A stretch of 64,000 bases of DNA from Deltaproteobacteria bacterium (GTDB lineage Bacteria; UBA10199; GCA-002796325; JACPFF01). Of the stretch, positions 8,896 to 18,578 are shown piece after piece (position 1 is the first letter of the stretch; every line of letters begins with the position of its first letter). A program made the position numbers and the translations under genes. The notes below the pieces were generated by a model that saw only the letters and a list, made by a program, of their open reading frames with translations, did not search any database and had not been told where the DNA came from. The DNA lies in assembly GCA_016210045.1 (NCBI GenBank), contig JACQUX010000021.1:36125-100124 (forward strand), given 5' to 3'.

Positions 8896-9597
8896 ATGCA
8901 TCCCCTTGACTGTCGACAATGTGCTTCACGGATGATGGGCTTCTTCAGCGATATTAGCTCATCCGGCGTAGAGCAGTGCGCCCAACACACGACCAATACC
9001 TATAAGGCCGGGCAAATCTTATTCTATGAAGGCAATCGCGCGTTCGGCGTCTATTGCATCTACGCCGGTCGCGTCAAATTGTACAAAACGGGACACGGCG
9101 GACGGCTGCAAATCGTGCGGCTCGCCGGCCCCGGCGATCTGCTGGGCTATCGCTCGCTGTTCGCGGATGAACCCTATTCCGCGACTGCGGAGGCGATGGA
9201 AGACGCCACCGTCTGCTTTATCGAAAAATCGATTTTCATCCCGCTACTCTCGCAAGAGCCGAATTTGGCAATGAAGATGATCCGCAAATTGTCGCAAGAG
9301 TTGCGCCAAGCGGAAGACCGCATGACTGGCATCGCACAAAAACCGGTGCGGGAACGTCTGGCAGAACTGCTGCTGCTGTTGCGGGAAACGTATGGCAAGC
9401 AGAACGGCGGCGAAGGCACGGAAATCACGTTGGCGTTGTCGCGGGAAGAAATGGCCGAGATGATCGGGACCACCCAAGAAACCGTCATCCGTCTCCTCTC
9501 GGAATTCAAGTCCCGGAAGTTCATTAAGCTCGACGGTCGGCACATTACGATCACCGACCCCAAGCCGCTCCGCCGCATCGCCCACATTGAAGTCTGA
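8896..9597 (+). CDS. Crp/Fnr family regulator, FNR-like
   Basis: N-terminal CxxC...C, conserved ATVCFI Cys, cNMP-binding fold, HTH LSREEMAEMIGTTQETVIR. Confidence 0.9.
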   Translation: MHPLDCRQCASRMMGFFSDISSSGVEQCAQHTTNTYKAGQILFYEGNRAFGVYCIYAGRVKLYKTGHGGRLQIVRLAGPGDLLGYRSLFADEPYSATAEAMEDATVCFIEKSIFIPLLSQEPNLAMKMIRKLSQELRQAEDRMTGIAQKPVRERLAELLLLLRETYGKQNGGEGTEITLALSREEMAEMIGTTQETVIRLLSEFKSRKFIKLDGRHITITDPKPLRRIAHIEV

Positions 9598-9617
9598 GCA
9601 ATACCATCTATATCAGC

Positions 9618-9658
9618 TGACCAAGGTCATGGCCCACGGCACAGCTTCTGCTTATGGT
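9618..9658 (+). promoter_or_regulatory. Class II Crp/FNR-type promoter: TGAC-N4-GTCA box and -10 TATGGT
   Basis: Box 9618-9629 centred 41.5 nt before ATG 9665; TATGGT at 9653-9658 = -12..-7 if +1 is the A of ATG. Confidence 0.55.
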
Positions 9659-9664
9659 GGGCCT

Positions 9665-9991
9665 ATGTGCCACATGCCTGTGAGTAGCGAGCAAATCATC
9701 CAAATGCGAGGCGAGCGGCCGGTCGCGCAATATCGGCCCGGACAAGTGCTCTTTTATCTCGACCACCGACCGATGGGGCTCTGGCTGTTGCTCCACGGCG
9801 AAGTCATCTTACGCGGCCGCAATCAACAGCGGACCTATGTAACGGCACCGGCCGTGCTTGGATTTGTGCAATTACAGACCGATGTGAGTTATCCCGCCAC
9901 GGCGCAAGCCACCACCGCATGTGAAGTCGTGTTCATCGGCAGAGAAGAGCTGGGCAGCGATCTCAGCGCATTTGCAACCGCCAACGCGTAA
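9665..9991 (+). CDS. Stand-alone cyclic-nucleotide-binding (Crp effector) domain protein without HTH
   Basis: YRPGQVLFY..RPMGLWLLLHGEV..LGF..YPATAQATTACEVVFI resembles the adjacent regulator's N-domain (YKAGQILFY..YSATAEAMEDATVCFI). Confidence 0.7.
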   Translation: MCHMPVSSEQIIQMRGERPVAQYRPGQVLFYLDHRPMGLWLLLHGEVILRGRNQQRTYVTAPAVLGFVQLQTDVSYPATAQATTACEVVFIGREELGSDLSAFATANA

Positions 9992-9996
9992 CACCA

Positions 9997-10845
9997 TTAT
10001 TTGTGAAATAAGTGTTTCGCGACGAACCACAAATTCTCTTTGCGTTCGCGCAGGCGCCGCACCACGTACGCGAACCACGCGTTGCCGTAGGGAACGTAAA
10101 TGCGCACCGGCCATCCGTCGTGGAGCAACTGGTCTTGCCGCTGCCGCGCGATGCCATACAACATTTGAAATTCAAAGGCCGTGCGGGAGACTCCCAACTC
10201 GGTCACTAGTCGCAGCGCATGGGCCACAATCCGTTCATCATGCGTCGCAATCGCCGGATGTTCCGCCATTTTGAATAGTCGTTCCATCAACAGCACATAA
10301 TGATGATCCACTTCTTCTTTCCGCTGGAATGCCAACGCCGGCGGCTCTTTGTAGGCCCCTTTCACTAAACGAATCGGGACACGCTCTCGGCACAACGTTT
10401 CCACATCGGCTTCGGACCGGTAGAGCATCGCTTGCAACACCGTGCCGACACCCGGATAGCTGCGATGCGCCGCGACCACAAGATCCAGCGTCGCTTGCGT
10501 ATAGGCCGAACCCTCCATGTCGACGCGTAGAAATCCGTGCACGCCCGCCACGGCATTCACGAGCCGCATCAAGTGGGTCCCCGCCAGCTCGCGATCGATA
10601 TCGAGCCCGAGCTGCGTCAGTTTCACGGAAATATTGCATTCGAGTCCGCAAGTGTGCAGCGTCTCGATCAGCTGGAGATAGCCATCCAGCGCCACGGCGG
10701 CCATGCGTCGGTCACTGACACTCTCGCCCAACAGATCCAGCGTCGTACGAAACCCTCGCGCCGCCAACGCGCTGACGTGCGGCAACGCTTCTTCCAACCG
10801 CTGTCCCGCAATAAACCGTTTTGCCAGGGGATATAACAGACGCAT
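9997..10845 (-). CDS. Monofunctional proline dehydrogenase
   Basis: AKRFIAG, LDLLGE, ISVKLTQLGL, RVDMEGS, GTVLQAMLYRS, RLVKGAYKEP, IATHD, FQMLYGI, YVPYG..RRLRER. Confidence 0.93.
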   Translation of the reverse strand: MRLLYPLAKRFIAGQRLEEALPHVSALAARGFRTTLDLLGESVSDRRMAAVALDGYLQLIETLHTCGLECNISVKLTQLGLDIDRELAGTHLMRLVNAVAGVHGFLRVDMEGSAYTQATLDLVVAAHRSYPGVGTVLQAMLYRSEADVETLCRERVPIRLVKGAYKEPPALAFQRKEEVDHHYVLLMERLFKMAEHPAIATHDERIVAHALRLVTELGVSRTAFEFQMLYGIARQRQDQLLHDGWPVRIYVPYGNAWFAYVVRRLRERKENLWFVAKHLFHK

Positions 10846-10888
10846 ATGTTTCGTGCATTCGTCCTTTCGTGCGTTCGTCCGTGCGTAT

Positions 10889-12463
10889 TTACAGTCTCTC
10901 CGCGACGCTCTTCGCCTGCAGAAAATGGGATAAATAATCACGTCCGCCGGCCTTCGAGTCGGTCCCCGACATATTAAATCCACCGAATGGATGGCCACTC
11001 ACCAGCGCCCCGCTGGACTTGCGATTGAGATACAAGTTGCCGACAAAAAATTCCCGCCGCGCTCGCTCCAAATGTTGCCGATTGTTGGAGAACACGGCTC
11101 CGGTCAATCCATACTCGGTTCCATTCGCAATCTGCAGCGCTTCCTCGAAACTGTTCGCCTTCAACACCGCACAGACCGGACCGAAAATTTCTTCCTGCGC
11201 AATCCGCGCTTTCGGCTCGACATCGGCAACAAGCGTCGGCTCCAAAAAGAAGCCATCGGTGGAGATGCGTTTGCCACCGCAGACCACGCGCCCTTCGCCA
11301 CGACCGATGTCGATATATTTCTGGACCGACTTGAGCTGCCGTTCGCTGATCACCGGCCCCATCCAGTGCCGCATGTCGGAGACGGGCCCGACCGTAATTT
11401 CCTGAATTCGCGCGGCCAGCCGTTCCACGAATCGATCGTGCACCGACGCCGCCACAATCGCCCGCGAACAGGCGGAACATTTCTGGCCCTGAAATCCGTA
11501 CGCCGCGAGTGCGACACCGTCGACGGCGGCGTCGAGATCGGACTCATCGTCAATGATGGTCGCATTTTTCCCGCCCATCTCGGCGATCACGCGTTTGATC
11601 CAGCGTTGTCCCGGCCGATGCACGGCGGCCTGCTCCACGACGTGCAGTCCCACTTCGCGGGAGCCAGTGAACGCGACAAATCGCGTCCGCGGATCGGCCA
11701 CTAAGTGATCGCCCACTTCACAGCCGGGACCGGTAACTAAATTGACCACACCCGGCGGCAACCCGATCTCGTCCATGACTTCCATGAATTTCACCGCGAT
11801 GATCGGCGTCTCTGACGAGGGTTTCAGCACGACCGTATTGCCGGTGACCCACGCCGCGACCGTCATGCCGGTCAGGATCGCGAATGGAAAATTCCATGGC
11901 GGAATGACAACGCCGACGCCGAGCGGAAGATAAAAGAGTTCGGTTTTTTCGCCCGGCACACGACCCACGGGTTGCGCGCCGTCGTAGCGCAGCGCCTCGC
12001 GCGCGTAGAATTCGCAAAAATCGATCGCCTCAGCGACGTCTCCGTCGGCCTCGTTCCACGATTTTCCCGCTTCGAGAATCAACCACGCATTGAGTTCACA
12101 ACGCCGCCGTCGCATCGCCGCGGCGGCGCGCAACGCATACTTGGCGCGCACTTCCGCCGGTGTCCAGCGCCATCCGGGGCCGTCGCGTTCGTCGCCGAAG
12201 GCCACCGTCGCCGCCGCCAACGCCTGTTCCGCATGAGCCACGGTCGCGCGCTGCACGATGCCCACGACGTCTTTCGGATTCGACGGATTCAGCGAACGAA
12301 TTTTCTGCCCCGTTTTGATCGGCTCGCCGCCGATCAACAGCGGATACTCTTTGCCGAATTCTCGCTGCGCCTGCACGAGCGCATCGCGCATCGTTTGCGC
12401 ACTCGCCGGCTCGTTGAAATTCGTTGCGGGTTCATTCGCGAACTCGGAGATATCGATCGGCAT
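10889..12463 (-). CDS. pruA: L-glutamate gamma-semialdehyde (P5C) dehydrogenase
   Basis: FANEP, EADGDVAEAIDFCEFY, IPPWNFP, FTGSREVG, AEMGGKN, GQKCSACSR, EEIFGP, YGLTG, HPFGGFNMSGTDSKAGG. Confidence 0.95.
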   Translation of the reverse strand: MPIDISEFANEPATNFNEPASAQTMRDALVQAQREFGKEYPLLIGGEPIKTGQKIRSLNPSNPKDVVGIVQRATVAHAEQALAAATVAFGDERDGPGWRWTPAEVRAKYALRAAAAMRRRRCELNAWLILEAGKSWNEADGDVAEAIDFCEFYAREALRYDGAQPVGRVPGEKTELFYLPLGVGVVIPPWNFPFAILTGMTVAAWVTGNTVVLKPSSETPIIAVKFMEVMDEIGLPPGVVNLVTGPGCEVGDHLVADPRTRFVAFTGSREVGLHVVEQAAVHRPGQRWIKRVIAEMGGKNATIIDDESDLDAAVDGVALAAYGFQGQKCSACSRAIVAASVHDRFVERLAARIQEITVGPVSDMRHWMGPVISERQLKSVQKYIDIGRGEGRVVCGGKRISTDGFFLEPTLVADVEPKARIAQEEIFGPVCAVLKANSFEEALQIANGTEYGLTGAVFSNNRQHLERARREFFVGNLYLNRKSSGALVSGHPFGGFNMSGTDSKAGGRDYLSHFLQAKSVAERL

Positions 12464-12571
12464 AGCGTGCCTCGCTTCGGTTTAGGATGTGGTATGTAGT
12501 ACCGTGCTGGACAGGACCTCGCCGTCCATATATAAAGCCGACCGCATCCTGACAACCACATTCGAGTTTTT

Positions 12572-13714
12572 ATGGATCACACCGCACGGCTGATTGTCGA
12601 CAGTCCAAATCACGATCCGGATTTATTTTATGCCTGCCATTTTTCTGCGGGAGATCCGGTGATCTTCCTTGAACATCGACGGCGCAAATATCTCCTGCTC
12701 AGCGACTTGGAATTGGATCGGGCACGTCAAGAAGCTACCGTCGACGAGGTCCTTTCCATCTCGACAGTTGTCGAGGCAAAAAATGGTGTACGCCGCGCTG
12801 CGCGACGGCTGGGAGGACGTGCCGGGATCGTCCAGGTGTTTTGTCATGCGCATCGCATTAAGCGGCTCTTAGTGCCGGAAACGATGAGCGTCGGAGTCGT
12901 CGATGCACTGCGTACCGTCGGCCTCCGGATCGACGTCGCGGCGCTGCCGTTTTACCCACAGCGATTTTTTAAGACCCCTGGAGAATTGCGGGCAATGAAA
13001 ATCGCACAGCGAGCCACGTTCGCCGCAATGTCCCTCGCAGAACAAATGCTGCGCGACAGCATAATCGATCGCAATCAACTGGTGTGGCAAGGAAAGCCGC
13101 TCACGAGCGAACGGATGCGAGCCGAATTGAGCACGTTCTTGTCTCACCAAGGATTTTCCTGTCCGGAAGGGATGATAATTGCGTGCGGTCCCCACACGAT
13201 TGAACCGCATAACCACGGCAGTGGACCGTTGCGTCCCCATCAAGCCATCATCGTCGACATTTATCCGCGCTCCCTCACAACACGCTTCTTCGGCGACGCG
13301 ACACGCACGTTTTGTCGCGGCACGGCGCCGGACGCATTGAAGCAGCTCTATTCTACGGTGAAAACCGCGCAAGTCGCAGCGCTGCGCCAAGTGCGCGCCG
13401 GGGTGAACGGGCAACGCGTGCACGGCGACATCGTGAAGCGGTTTGAAGCGGCGGGCTATGCCACGAAGGAAATGAACGGGCGCCGCCAAGGGTTCATCCA
13501 CGGGACCGGGCACGGACTCGGCTATGCGGTGCACGAAGAGCCGTTGCGGATCAATCGGCTCCCGTGCCGACTCCGTACGGGACACGTCGTGACGGTCGAA
13601 CCAGGGTTGTATTATGAAGGGATCGGCGGCGTCCGGATCGAGGATGTCGTCGTAGTCACGCCGAGCGGCGCGGACTTGTTGGCCCGCTATCCGAAACGTT
13701 TGGAAATTTTATAA
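12572..13714 (+). CDS. M24 family Xaa-Pro aminopeptidase
   Basis: PH..G, IIVDIYPR, FFGDATRT, HGTGHGLG..VHE, TVEPGLY, GGVRIED metal-binding motifs. Confidence 0.92.
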   Translation: MDHTARLIVDSPNHDPDLFYACHFSAGDPVIFLEHRRRKYLLLSDLELDRARQEATVDEVLSISTVVEAKNGVRRAARRLGGRAGIVQVFCHAHRIKRLLVPETMSVGVVDALRTVGLRIDVAALPFYPQRFFKTPGELRAMKIAQRATFAAMSLAEQMLRDSIIDRNQLVWQGKPLTSERMRAELSTFLSHQGFSCPEGMIIACGPHTIEPHNHGSGPLRPHQAIIVDIYPRSLTTRFFGDATRTFCRGTAPDALKQLYSTVKTAQVAALRQVRAGVNGQRVHGDIVKRFEAAGYATKEMNGRRQGFIHGTGHGLGYAVHEEPLRINRLPCRLRTGHVVTVEPGLYYEGIGGVRIEDVVVVTPSGADLLARYPKRLEIL

Positions 13715-14455
13715 TCCGTTCAACACGGCTTGCCGTTTCGCGCGATACTCGCTCTCATTCAGCAATTTCCGCTTGTACAGTTTCTCGATTTCTTCCAGCC
13801 GCTCGGTCATGGATTCCGGCTGACGGTGTTGCTCGTTGCCGCTCGCCACATAGGTGGCCTTCGTGTCGAGGATCACTTCCGCCGCGTTGCTGGCACCCAA
13901 TACCTGGCCGGGACCCGCTTGAAGCGTAATCCGCAAACTCTTCGCCCGCGCCAACGCCTTGTCGGCATAGCCGCGCTTGTCGAGATCGCCGACGACTTTG
14001 GCGAATAATTTCTGAAATTCGACGTGCAGCTCCGTCCCCTGCATCCATACGCGCCCGGTCGAAAAACGATCGTTGCCGAACACACGCTTCGGATCGCCGT
14101 GCAGGTAAGAAAAATACACGGCCTGTTGCGGCGTCGCGCGCCGTAACCCTTCCGCGAGATACGCCGACAAATAGTCGACCGCCGTGTCATCGAAGATTCG
14201 CAGATCGGTCAATTTATTCTTAATCAACGAGCGCCGAGTCATTTGCAGCGAGGTCAGCATTTCCCGCATCTTGTCGACCGCCACGACGGCCGGGTGGGTC
14301 GGCTGCAAGGCCGCTTGATCTTTGGCATCGAGCGCTTCGAGCTTGACGTAATCGAGCCGTCGATTGGTATGGATATAATTCGAATCGGCGTGGGTCGCAG
14401 ACACAGCGCCCAGCCATAAACCACTCATCACCGCCAGCATGAACAATCGACGCAT
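13709..14455 (-). CDS. Secreted hypothetical protein with a C-terminal SHOCT-like domain
   Basis: Signal peptide; C-terminal ERLEEIEKLYKRKLLNESEYRAKRQAVL. Confidence 0.75.
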   Translation of the reverse strand: MRRLFMLAVMSGLWLGAVSATHADSNYIHTNRRLDYVKLEALDAKDQAALQPTHPAVVAVDKMREMLTSLQMTRRSLIKNKLTDLRIFDDTAVDYLSAYLAEGLRRATPQQAVYFSYLHGDPKRVFGNDRFSTGRVWMQGTELHVEFQKLFAKVVGDLDKRGYADKALARAKSLRITLQAGPGQVLGASNAAEVILDTKATYVASGNEQHRQPESMTERLEEIEKLYKRKLLNESEYRAKRQAVLNGL

Positions 14456-14483
14456 TTAAAGCTCCTTGGTGCACAACTGTTTG

Positions 14484-14568
14484 TGGTGCGCAACGCTCCT
14501 GCTCGTCGCGTTGCGGTCATCACTACCGCGGGCCACGGCTCCACTAACGTTCCGCCGCCCTTACTCCT
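14484..14568 (-). repeat. Structured element family 2, copy A (85 bp)
   Basis: Reverse complement aligns without gaps to 32324-32408 (74/85 identical by manual count) and to 27634-27718. Confidence 0.85.
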
Positions 14569-14612
14569 CCTGAATTATGAGGCGTGGCGCTAACACGCGG
14601 GGGGAGCGGAGG

Positions 14613-15512
14613 TCAAGGCATCGCTTTGAGCTTCTTCAGCTCCTCGGCAGCCTCGCGGGCGAGGTCATTTTGGTCCCCATCCGGGGTGCTGGGCGCGACT
14701 ACCCGTTCCGGGGCCGGCACGGCCTTCGGGACCGGGATGCCCGTCGTGGTTGCGCGCGGCGCCGCAGTGGACTTCGGCGCCGCGTTTGCGCGGCTTGCCA
14801 TCCATGCCGGCGACGGATCGGCAACTGATTGTGGTTTGGCATGCACTTGCCGCGCCGGCGGAATGGCCCCGGCGTCCAAATAGCGCGTGGCCGTGCCCTT
14901 ATTCGGATCTATGACCGGTTTCGTCGCGGTCGCAGCGGCACTCGGCTTGGCCGGTTTCGGCACGGTTGCAACTGTTGGTTTGGTGGCTGTGGGACTCGCG
15001 GTTGGGAGATTTTTTGCCACTGCTTTGGTGGAGACCGCCTTCGGCTCCGGAGCCAGGTCGGCATACTCGGGTTCTTCCGAACCGAGCGATGGCGACGCGG
15101 TCGGGGCCTTCGGCGTGCGGACGATAACAGGAGCCGCGATCTTCGGCGTGGCGGCCGACGGCGCCACGGCCTTACGGTTCGCGACCATAAAGCGCGGATC
15201 GCCGGCGTCCATCACGGCGAGATGATTTTCGACCTTCACCACGCCACGAGTCCGGCGCGCCAATGCTTCCGCCCGCTGCCGCTCGCCGTCATTGGCGACC
15301 CGCCCGCCGAGCGCCACGACGCCGCGATAGACATCCACATTCACACCACTCCCGTTGACCTGTTTATCCCGCGCCATTCGCCAATGCAGCGCGGTCTTGA
15401 TCTTTTCGTCGCGCCACACTTCGCCCACGCCACGCCGCATCGGCGTCGCACCGCAGCCGGCCAGCAACGCGGCCAGAATCGCGAATGAAAAGAAACGGCA
15501 TCGAGTCGTCAT
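14613..15512 (-). CDS. BON-domain lipoprotein with a Pro/Ala/Thr-rich tail
   Basis: Lipobox LLAGC; BON pattern DEKIKTAL...[16 protein letters not shown]...[18 protein letters not shown]. Confidence 0.85.
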   Translation of the reverse strand: MTTRCRFFSFAILAALLAGCGATPMRRGVGEVWRDEKIKTALHWRMARDKQVNGSGVNVDVYRGVVALGGRVANDGERQRAEALARRTRGVVKVENHLAVMDAGDPRFMVANRKAVAPSAATPKIAAPVIVRTPKAPTASPSLGSEEPEYADLAPEPKAVSTKAVAKNLPTASPTATKPTVATVPKPAKPSAAATATKPVIDPNKGTATRYLDAGAIPPARQVHAKPQSVADPSPAWMASRANAAPKSTAAPRATTTGIPVPKAVPAPERVVAPSTPDGDQNDLAREAAEELKKLKAMP

Positions 15513-15605
15513 AAATCCCCCTTGGGAACGCAGTGTGAAAATTTCGACGCGATTATACGGATCAACAAATGGGGTGTCAAAATTTTCGTCACCGGTTTAG
15601 AAAAA

Positions 15606-16001
15606 ATGTCACACACTGGAGACGACGTGACGATCCGAATCAAACGACTACTGTGGTGTGGCGCGGGGATTTTCTGCGCATGGCTGCTCGTGAGTCGACT
15701 GACACCGTCGCCGACCGGGATCGGGACGCACGAACAATTCGGGTTGCCTCCGTGTCCGCTACACTGGTTAACCGGTTGGCCGTGCCCGGCGTGCGGCCTC
15801 ACCACCAGTTGGTGTCATTTGAGCCACGGCGCGTGGGCGGCCGCGTTTCGCGCGCATCTGCTTGGACCGTTGGTGCCGATCGGGTTGGCAGGGTGGGCCG
15901 CTTTCAATGTCCCGTCGGCACAATGGGCCTGGGCCGGAGGTTTAAGCATCGGGCTGGCGAGCTGGTTGATCTCAATTATGCGACTTTCCGGCCTATTCTA
16001 G
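15606..16001 (+). CDS. DUF2752-like membrane protein (start uncertain)
   Basis: [29 protein letters not shown] motif. Confidence 0.75.
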   Translation: MSHTGDDVTIRIKRLLWCGAGIFCAWLLVSRLTPSPTGIGTHEQFGLPPCPLHWLTGWPCPACGLTTSWCHLSHGAWAAAFRAHLLGPLVPIGLAGWAAFNVPSAQWAWAGGLSIGLASWLISIMRLSGLF

Positions 16002-16172
16002 CCCCGACCAGACTCACCAGGATGCGCTAGAATCGCGCCGCCGCCGCGCCCTCTATCCCCAACCCCTGCCTCAGAATCTTAAAAACATCAATAAAATCAA
16101 CGAATAGTTTGCTCCGTCTGGCAGGCGACATAGATAACAGACGAAAAATCAAGGGGTGCAGCGAGGCATGGA

Positions 16173-16949
16173 TTACTGGAGATTCACGACAAATTCGGCG
16201 ATCACGCGGTAACAGGCCTCGGGTTGGTCGATCATTGGCCAGTGGCCGGCGCCGGGGAACAGATGATTGACGAGCTGGAAGTCGTGGATGAATTGGCGCG
16301 TCTGCGCGGGCGTGTTGCCGTCGCCCCAGAGATACAGCTTGGGACACGCGAGCGCGGCATACGCCTCGCCACTGGTTTGTACGCCGGTGGCCTCGTAACA
16401 ACTCTGACCCCACGACAGCAGCGCGCGCGGATCGGCGAAGCGGAGGCTGGCGACGTAACGAAGCAAGGCTTCGTCGCCGTTCGCCTGCGCCGCCATCGCG
16501 GCCACATAGGTGCGGTGAAAGGCTGCGGCATCGGTCACGCCGATCGTCTGGCCGGTGCCGAACGTATCGGCACGGGTCAAATTCCCTTCGATGCTGACGA
16601 CCGCGCGCACTTGCTGCGGCCATACTACCGCCGCGCGAGTGGCGACGATGCCGCCGAGCGAATGTCCGAGCAGCACCACCGGCCGCTGTGGCGAATGGAC
16701 TGCGAGTAACCGCCCCAACACCCGCACCGAGCCGTCGATCGTCGCGGCCCCTTCCACGAATGGAGAGACGCCAAATCCGGGAAAGTCGGGGGCGAACAGG
16801 TTGCAGCGCTGCGCCAGCGGCGACCCGAAGACCTCGCGGAACGAAAGTCCCGATTCGCCGAAACCATGCAAAAACCACAAATCCAACAGCGCACCCGGAT
16901 TGGCACGCGTCCGCAACAACACCTGATCGGTCGTCGTAATCGTCGCCAT
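16173..16949 (-). CDS. Alpha/beta hydrolase
   Basis: FLHGFG, APDFPGFG, GHSLGG nucleophile elbow, GAGHWPM. Confidence 0.9.
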   Translation of the reverse strand: MATITTTDQVLLRTRANPGALLDLWFLHGFGESGLSFREVFGSPLAQRCNLFAPDFPGFGVSPFVEGAATIDGSVRVLGRLLAVHSPQRPVVLLGHSLGGIVATRAAVVWPQQVRAVVSIEGNLTRADTFGTGQTIGVTDAAAFHRTYVAAMAAQANGDEALLRYVASLRFADPRALLSWGQSCYEATGVQTSGEAYAALACPKLYLWGDGNTPAQTRQFIHDFQLVNHLFPGAGHWPMIDQPEACYRVIAEFVVNLQ

Positions 16950-17009
16950 ACCACCCTCCCGGCGCGCCGTGTAGCATAACCCGCCGCAGGGCCAACACGA
17001 TAATATCAA

Positions 17010-17037
17010 TTGACGGCAAATAAATTATACGTACACT
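17010..17037 (+). promoter_or_regulatory. Sigma70-like promoter, probably giving a leaderless brnT mRNA
   Basis: TTGACG (17010-17015), 16-nt spacer, TACACT (17032-17037), then 6 nt to ATG 17044. Confidence 0.5.
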
Positions 17038-17043
17038 GTAAAT

Positions 17044-17328
17044 ATGAGCTCGATATGTTTCGAGTGGGATGAACGGAAAAATCGAGAGAATATGCGCAAA
17101 CACCGCGTCTCATTCGAAGAGGCACGAACGGTGTTTCTCGATGAACAGGCCATCCGTTATTTTGACCCGGATCATTCCGCAGATGAAGATCGCTTCATTA
17201 TGTTGGGACTCAGTTATCAATTGCGGGTGTTGGTCGTCTGTCACTGCTATCGCACGAGCGAAACGACGATTCGGATCATTTCGGCTCGCAAGGCCGACCA
17301 ACAGGAACGCACGGCCTACAGGAGATAA
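17044..17328 (+). CDS. brnT: BrnT family toxin
   Basis: FEWDERKNREN.RKH.VSFEEA..VF.D..HS..EDRF...IRIISARKA. Confidence 0.9.
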   Translation: MSSICFEWDERKNRENMRKHRVSFEEARTVFLDEQAIRYFDPDHSADEDRFIMLGLSYQLRVLVVCHCYRTSETTIRIISARKADQQERTAYRR

Positions 17329-17332
17329 ATGT

Positions 17333-17548
17333 ATGCGCACTCATTATGATTTCTCCACGATGAAAGGCATCCGAAACCCGTATAGCAAAGATTTGAAGCA
17401 GCCGATCACGATTCGTTTGGATAAAAACACGGTTTCTTATTTCAAGACGTTGGCAACCACGCTGGGCATGTCGTATCAACATCTCATCAATCTGTATCTA
17501 CGGGATTGTGCCGTCTCCCACAAAAAGTTGGCCTTACGATGGGAATGA
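17333..17548 (+). CDS. brnA: BrnA family antitoxin
   Basis: HYDFSTMKG.RNPY...KQPITIRLD...YFK.LA...G.SYQ.LINLYLRDC. Confidence 0.85.
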   Translation: MRTHYDFSTMKGIRNPYSKDLKQPITIRLDKNTVSYFKTLATTLGMSYQHLINLYLRDCAVSHKKLALRWE

Positions 17549-17597
17549 TCATCAACACGGGGACAGTGGCTAGGAAGAGGTGACGGGTAGATCGTGA

Positions 17598-18566
17598 CTA
17601 GTGGCTGGTACGAGCGGGGGCGAAGGTTTGTTCCAAGCGCTGCTTGAAGCGATCCAGTTGCTCGACCGACAAACCACGGGAGCCCGCCTTGCTCGCCGCA
17701 GCGTCCTTCGTCTTGGCATGCGGTGCGGGGTCTGCAGGATCGATCGGAGGGGGCTTCACCGGGTCGTCCATCATATAGACCAACTGATGCTGTGCGGCCC
17801 GAATCGCTTGTTCGATCAGCGCATCGTCATGCGACACGGCAATCGCTACGCCATTCCGTTTCTGCAGGCCGCGACTCAGTTCTCGCGCTAACGCAAGGAG
17901 GTCGGCGTCGAGGATCTCCGCGCGACTGAGCACGCCATCCCGATCCGTGTCCAAACGAGTCAGGACGAGCTGTCCGAAAGTCGCGCTGCGCAACGATTTC
18001 AGGATCGCTGCGGCCTTCTGACGATGTTCACTGGGGAGCAGCGCCATCAACCGGGTCGAGAACTTGCGACTGAAGCTGTCATCGTCGACCGATGCCCCTG
18101 CCGTCATATCGTTGCCGGCATCCGCTTCGCTCAGCACTGCCGACGTCGAATTGGCCAGCGCCGGACACATGGTTTGCCGAATGATCCCCGACTCATTGAC
18201 GTAAAAAGAGCGCTCGCCACTCTCGCCGCATCGTCGTGGGGCGGCGGTGGTGATCCACTTCGAACCTTCTTCCGCGGTTGAGACGTCGAATACGTAGTCC
18301 GCTTTTTCCCCGGACCCCAGGAGATCATCGATCGACCCATCGGCGCTCAGATTCGCTAGGCTATCCCCGTATCCGCCATATTCATCCTTGTGCAGGCTCT
18401 GCGCCGTCACAATGGATCTCATGCTGCCGATCGCGGACCCTTCGTTGGCGGCGATCCGGGCCCGCAGGAGATTGGGGATGGCGATGGCGGAGATGATTGC
18501 GATCAGGGCAACCACAATCATCAGTTCGATCAGGGTGAAGCCCCGCTGGCACTCGTGACCTCTCAT
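17598..18566 (-). CDS. Type IV pilin-like protein with an EF-hand-containing C-terminal extension
   Basis: Class III signal RG|FTLIELMIVVALIAIISAIAIPNL; SGERSFYVNESGIIR; later DTDRDGVLSRAE loop. Confidence 0.85.
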   Translation of the reverse strand: MRGHECQRGFTLIELMIVVALIAIISAIAIPNLLRARIAANEGSAIGSMRSIVTAQSLHKDEYGGYGDSLANLSADGSIDDLLGSGEKADYVFDVSTAEEGSKWITTAAPRRCGESGERSFYVNESGIIRQTMCPALANSTSAVLSEADAGNDMTAGASVDDDSFSRKFSTRLMALLPSEHRQKAAAILKSLRSATFGQLVLTRLDTDRDGVLSRAEILDADLLALARELSRGLQKRNGVAIAVSHDDALIEQAIRAAQHQLVYMMDDPVKPPPIDPADPAPHAKTKDAAASKAGSRGLSVEQLDRFKQRLEQTFAPARTSH

Positions 18567-18578
18567 GGTCGTCCCCCA

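Noticed and set aside
16027-17103. 358-aa minus-strand ORF overlapping the hydrolase and brnT
   Set aside because: Alternative frame without motifs; the alpha/beta hydrolase frame explains the region.
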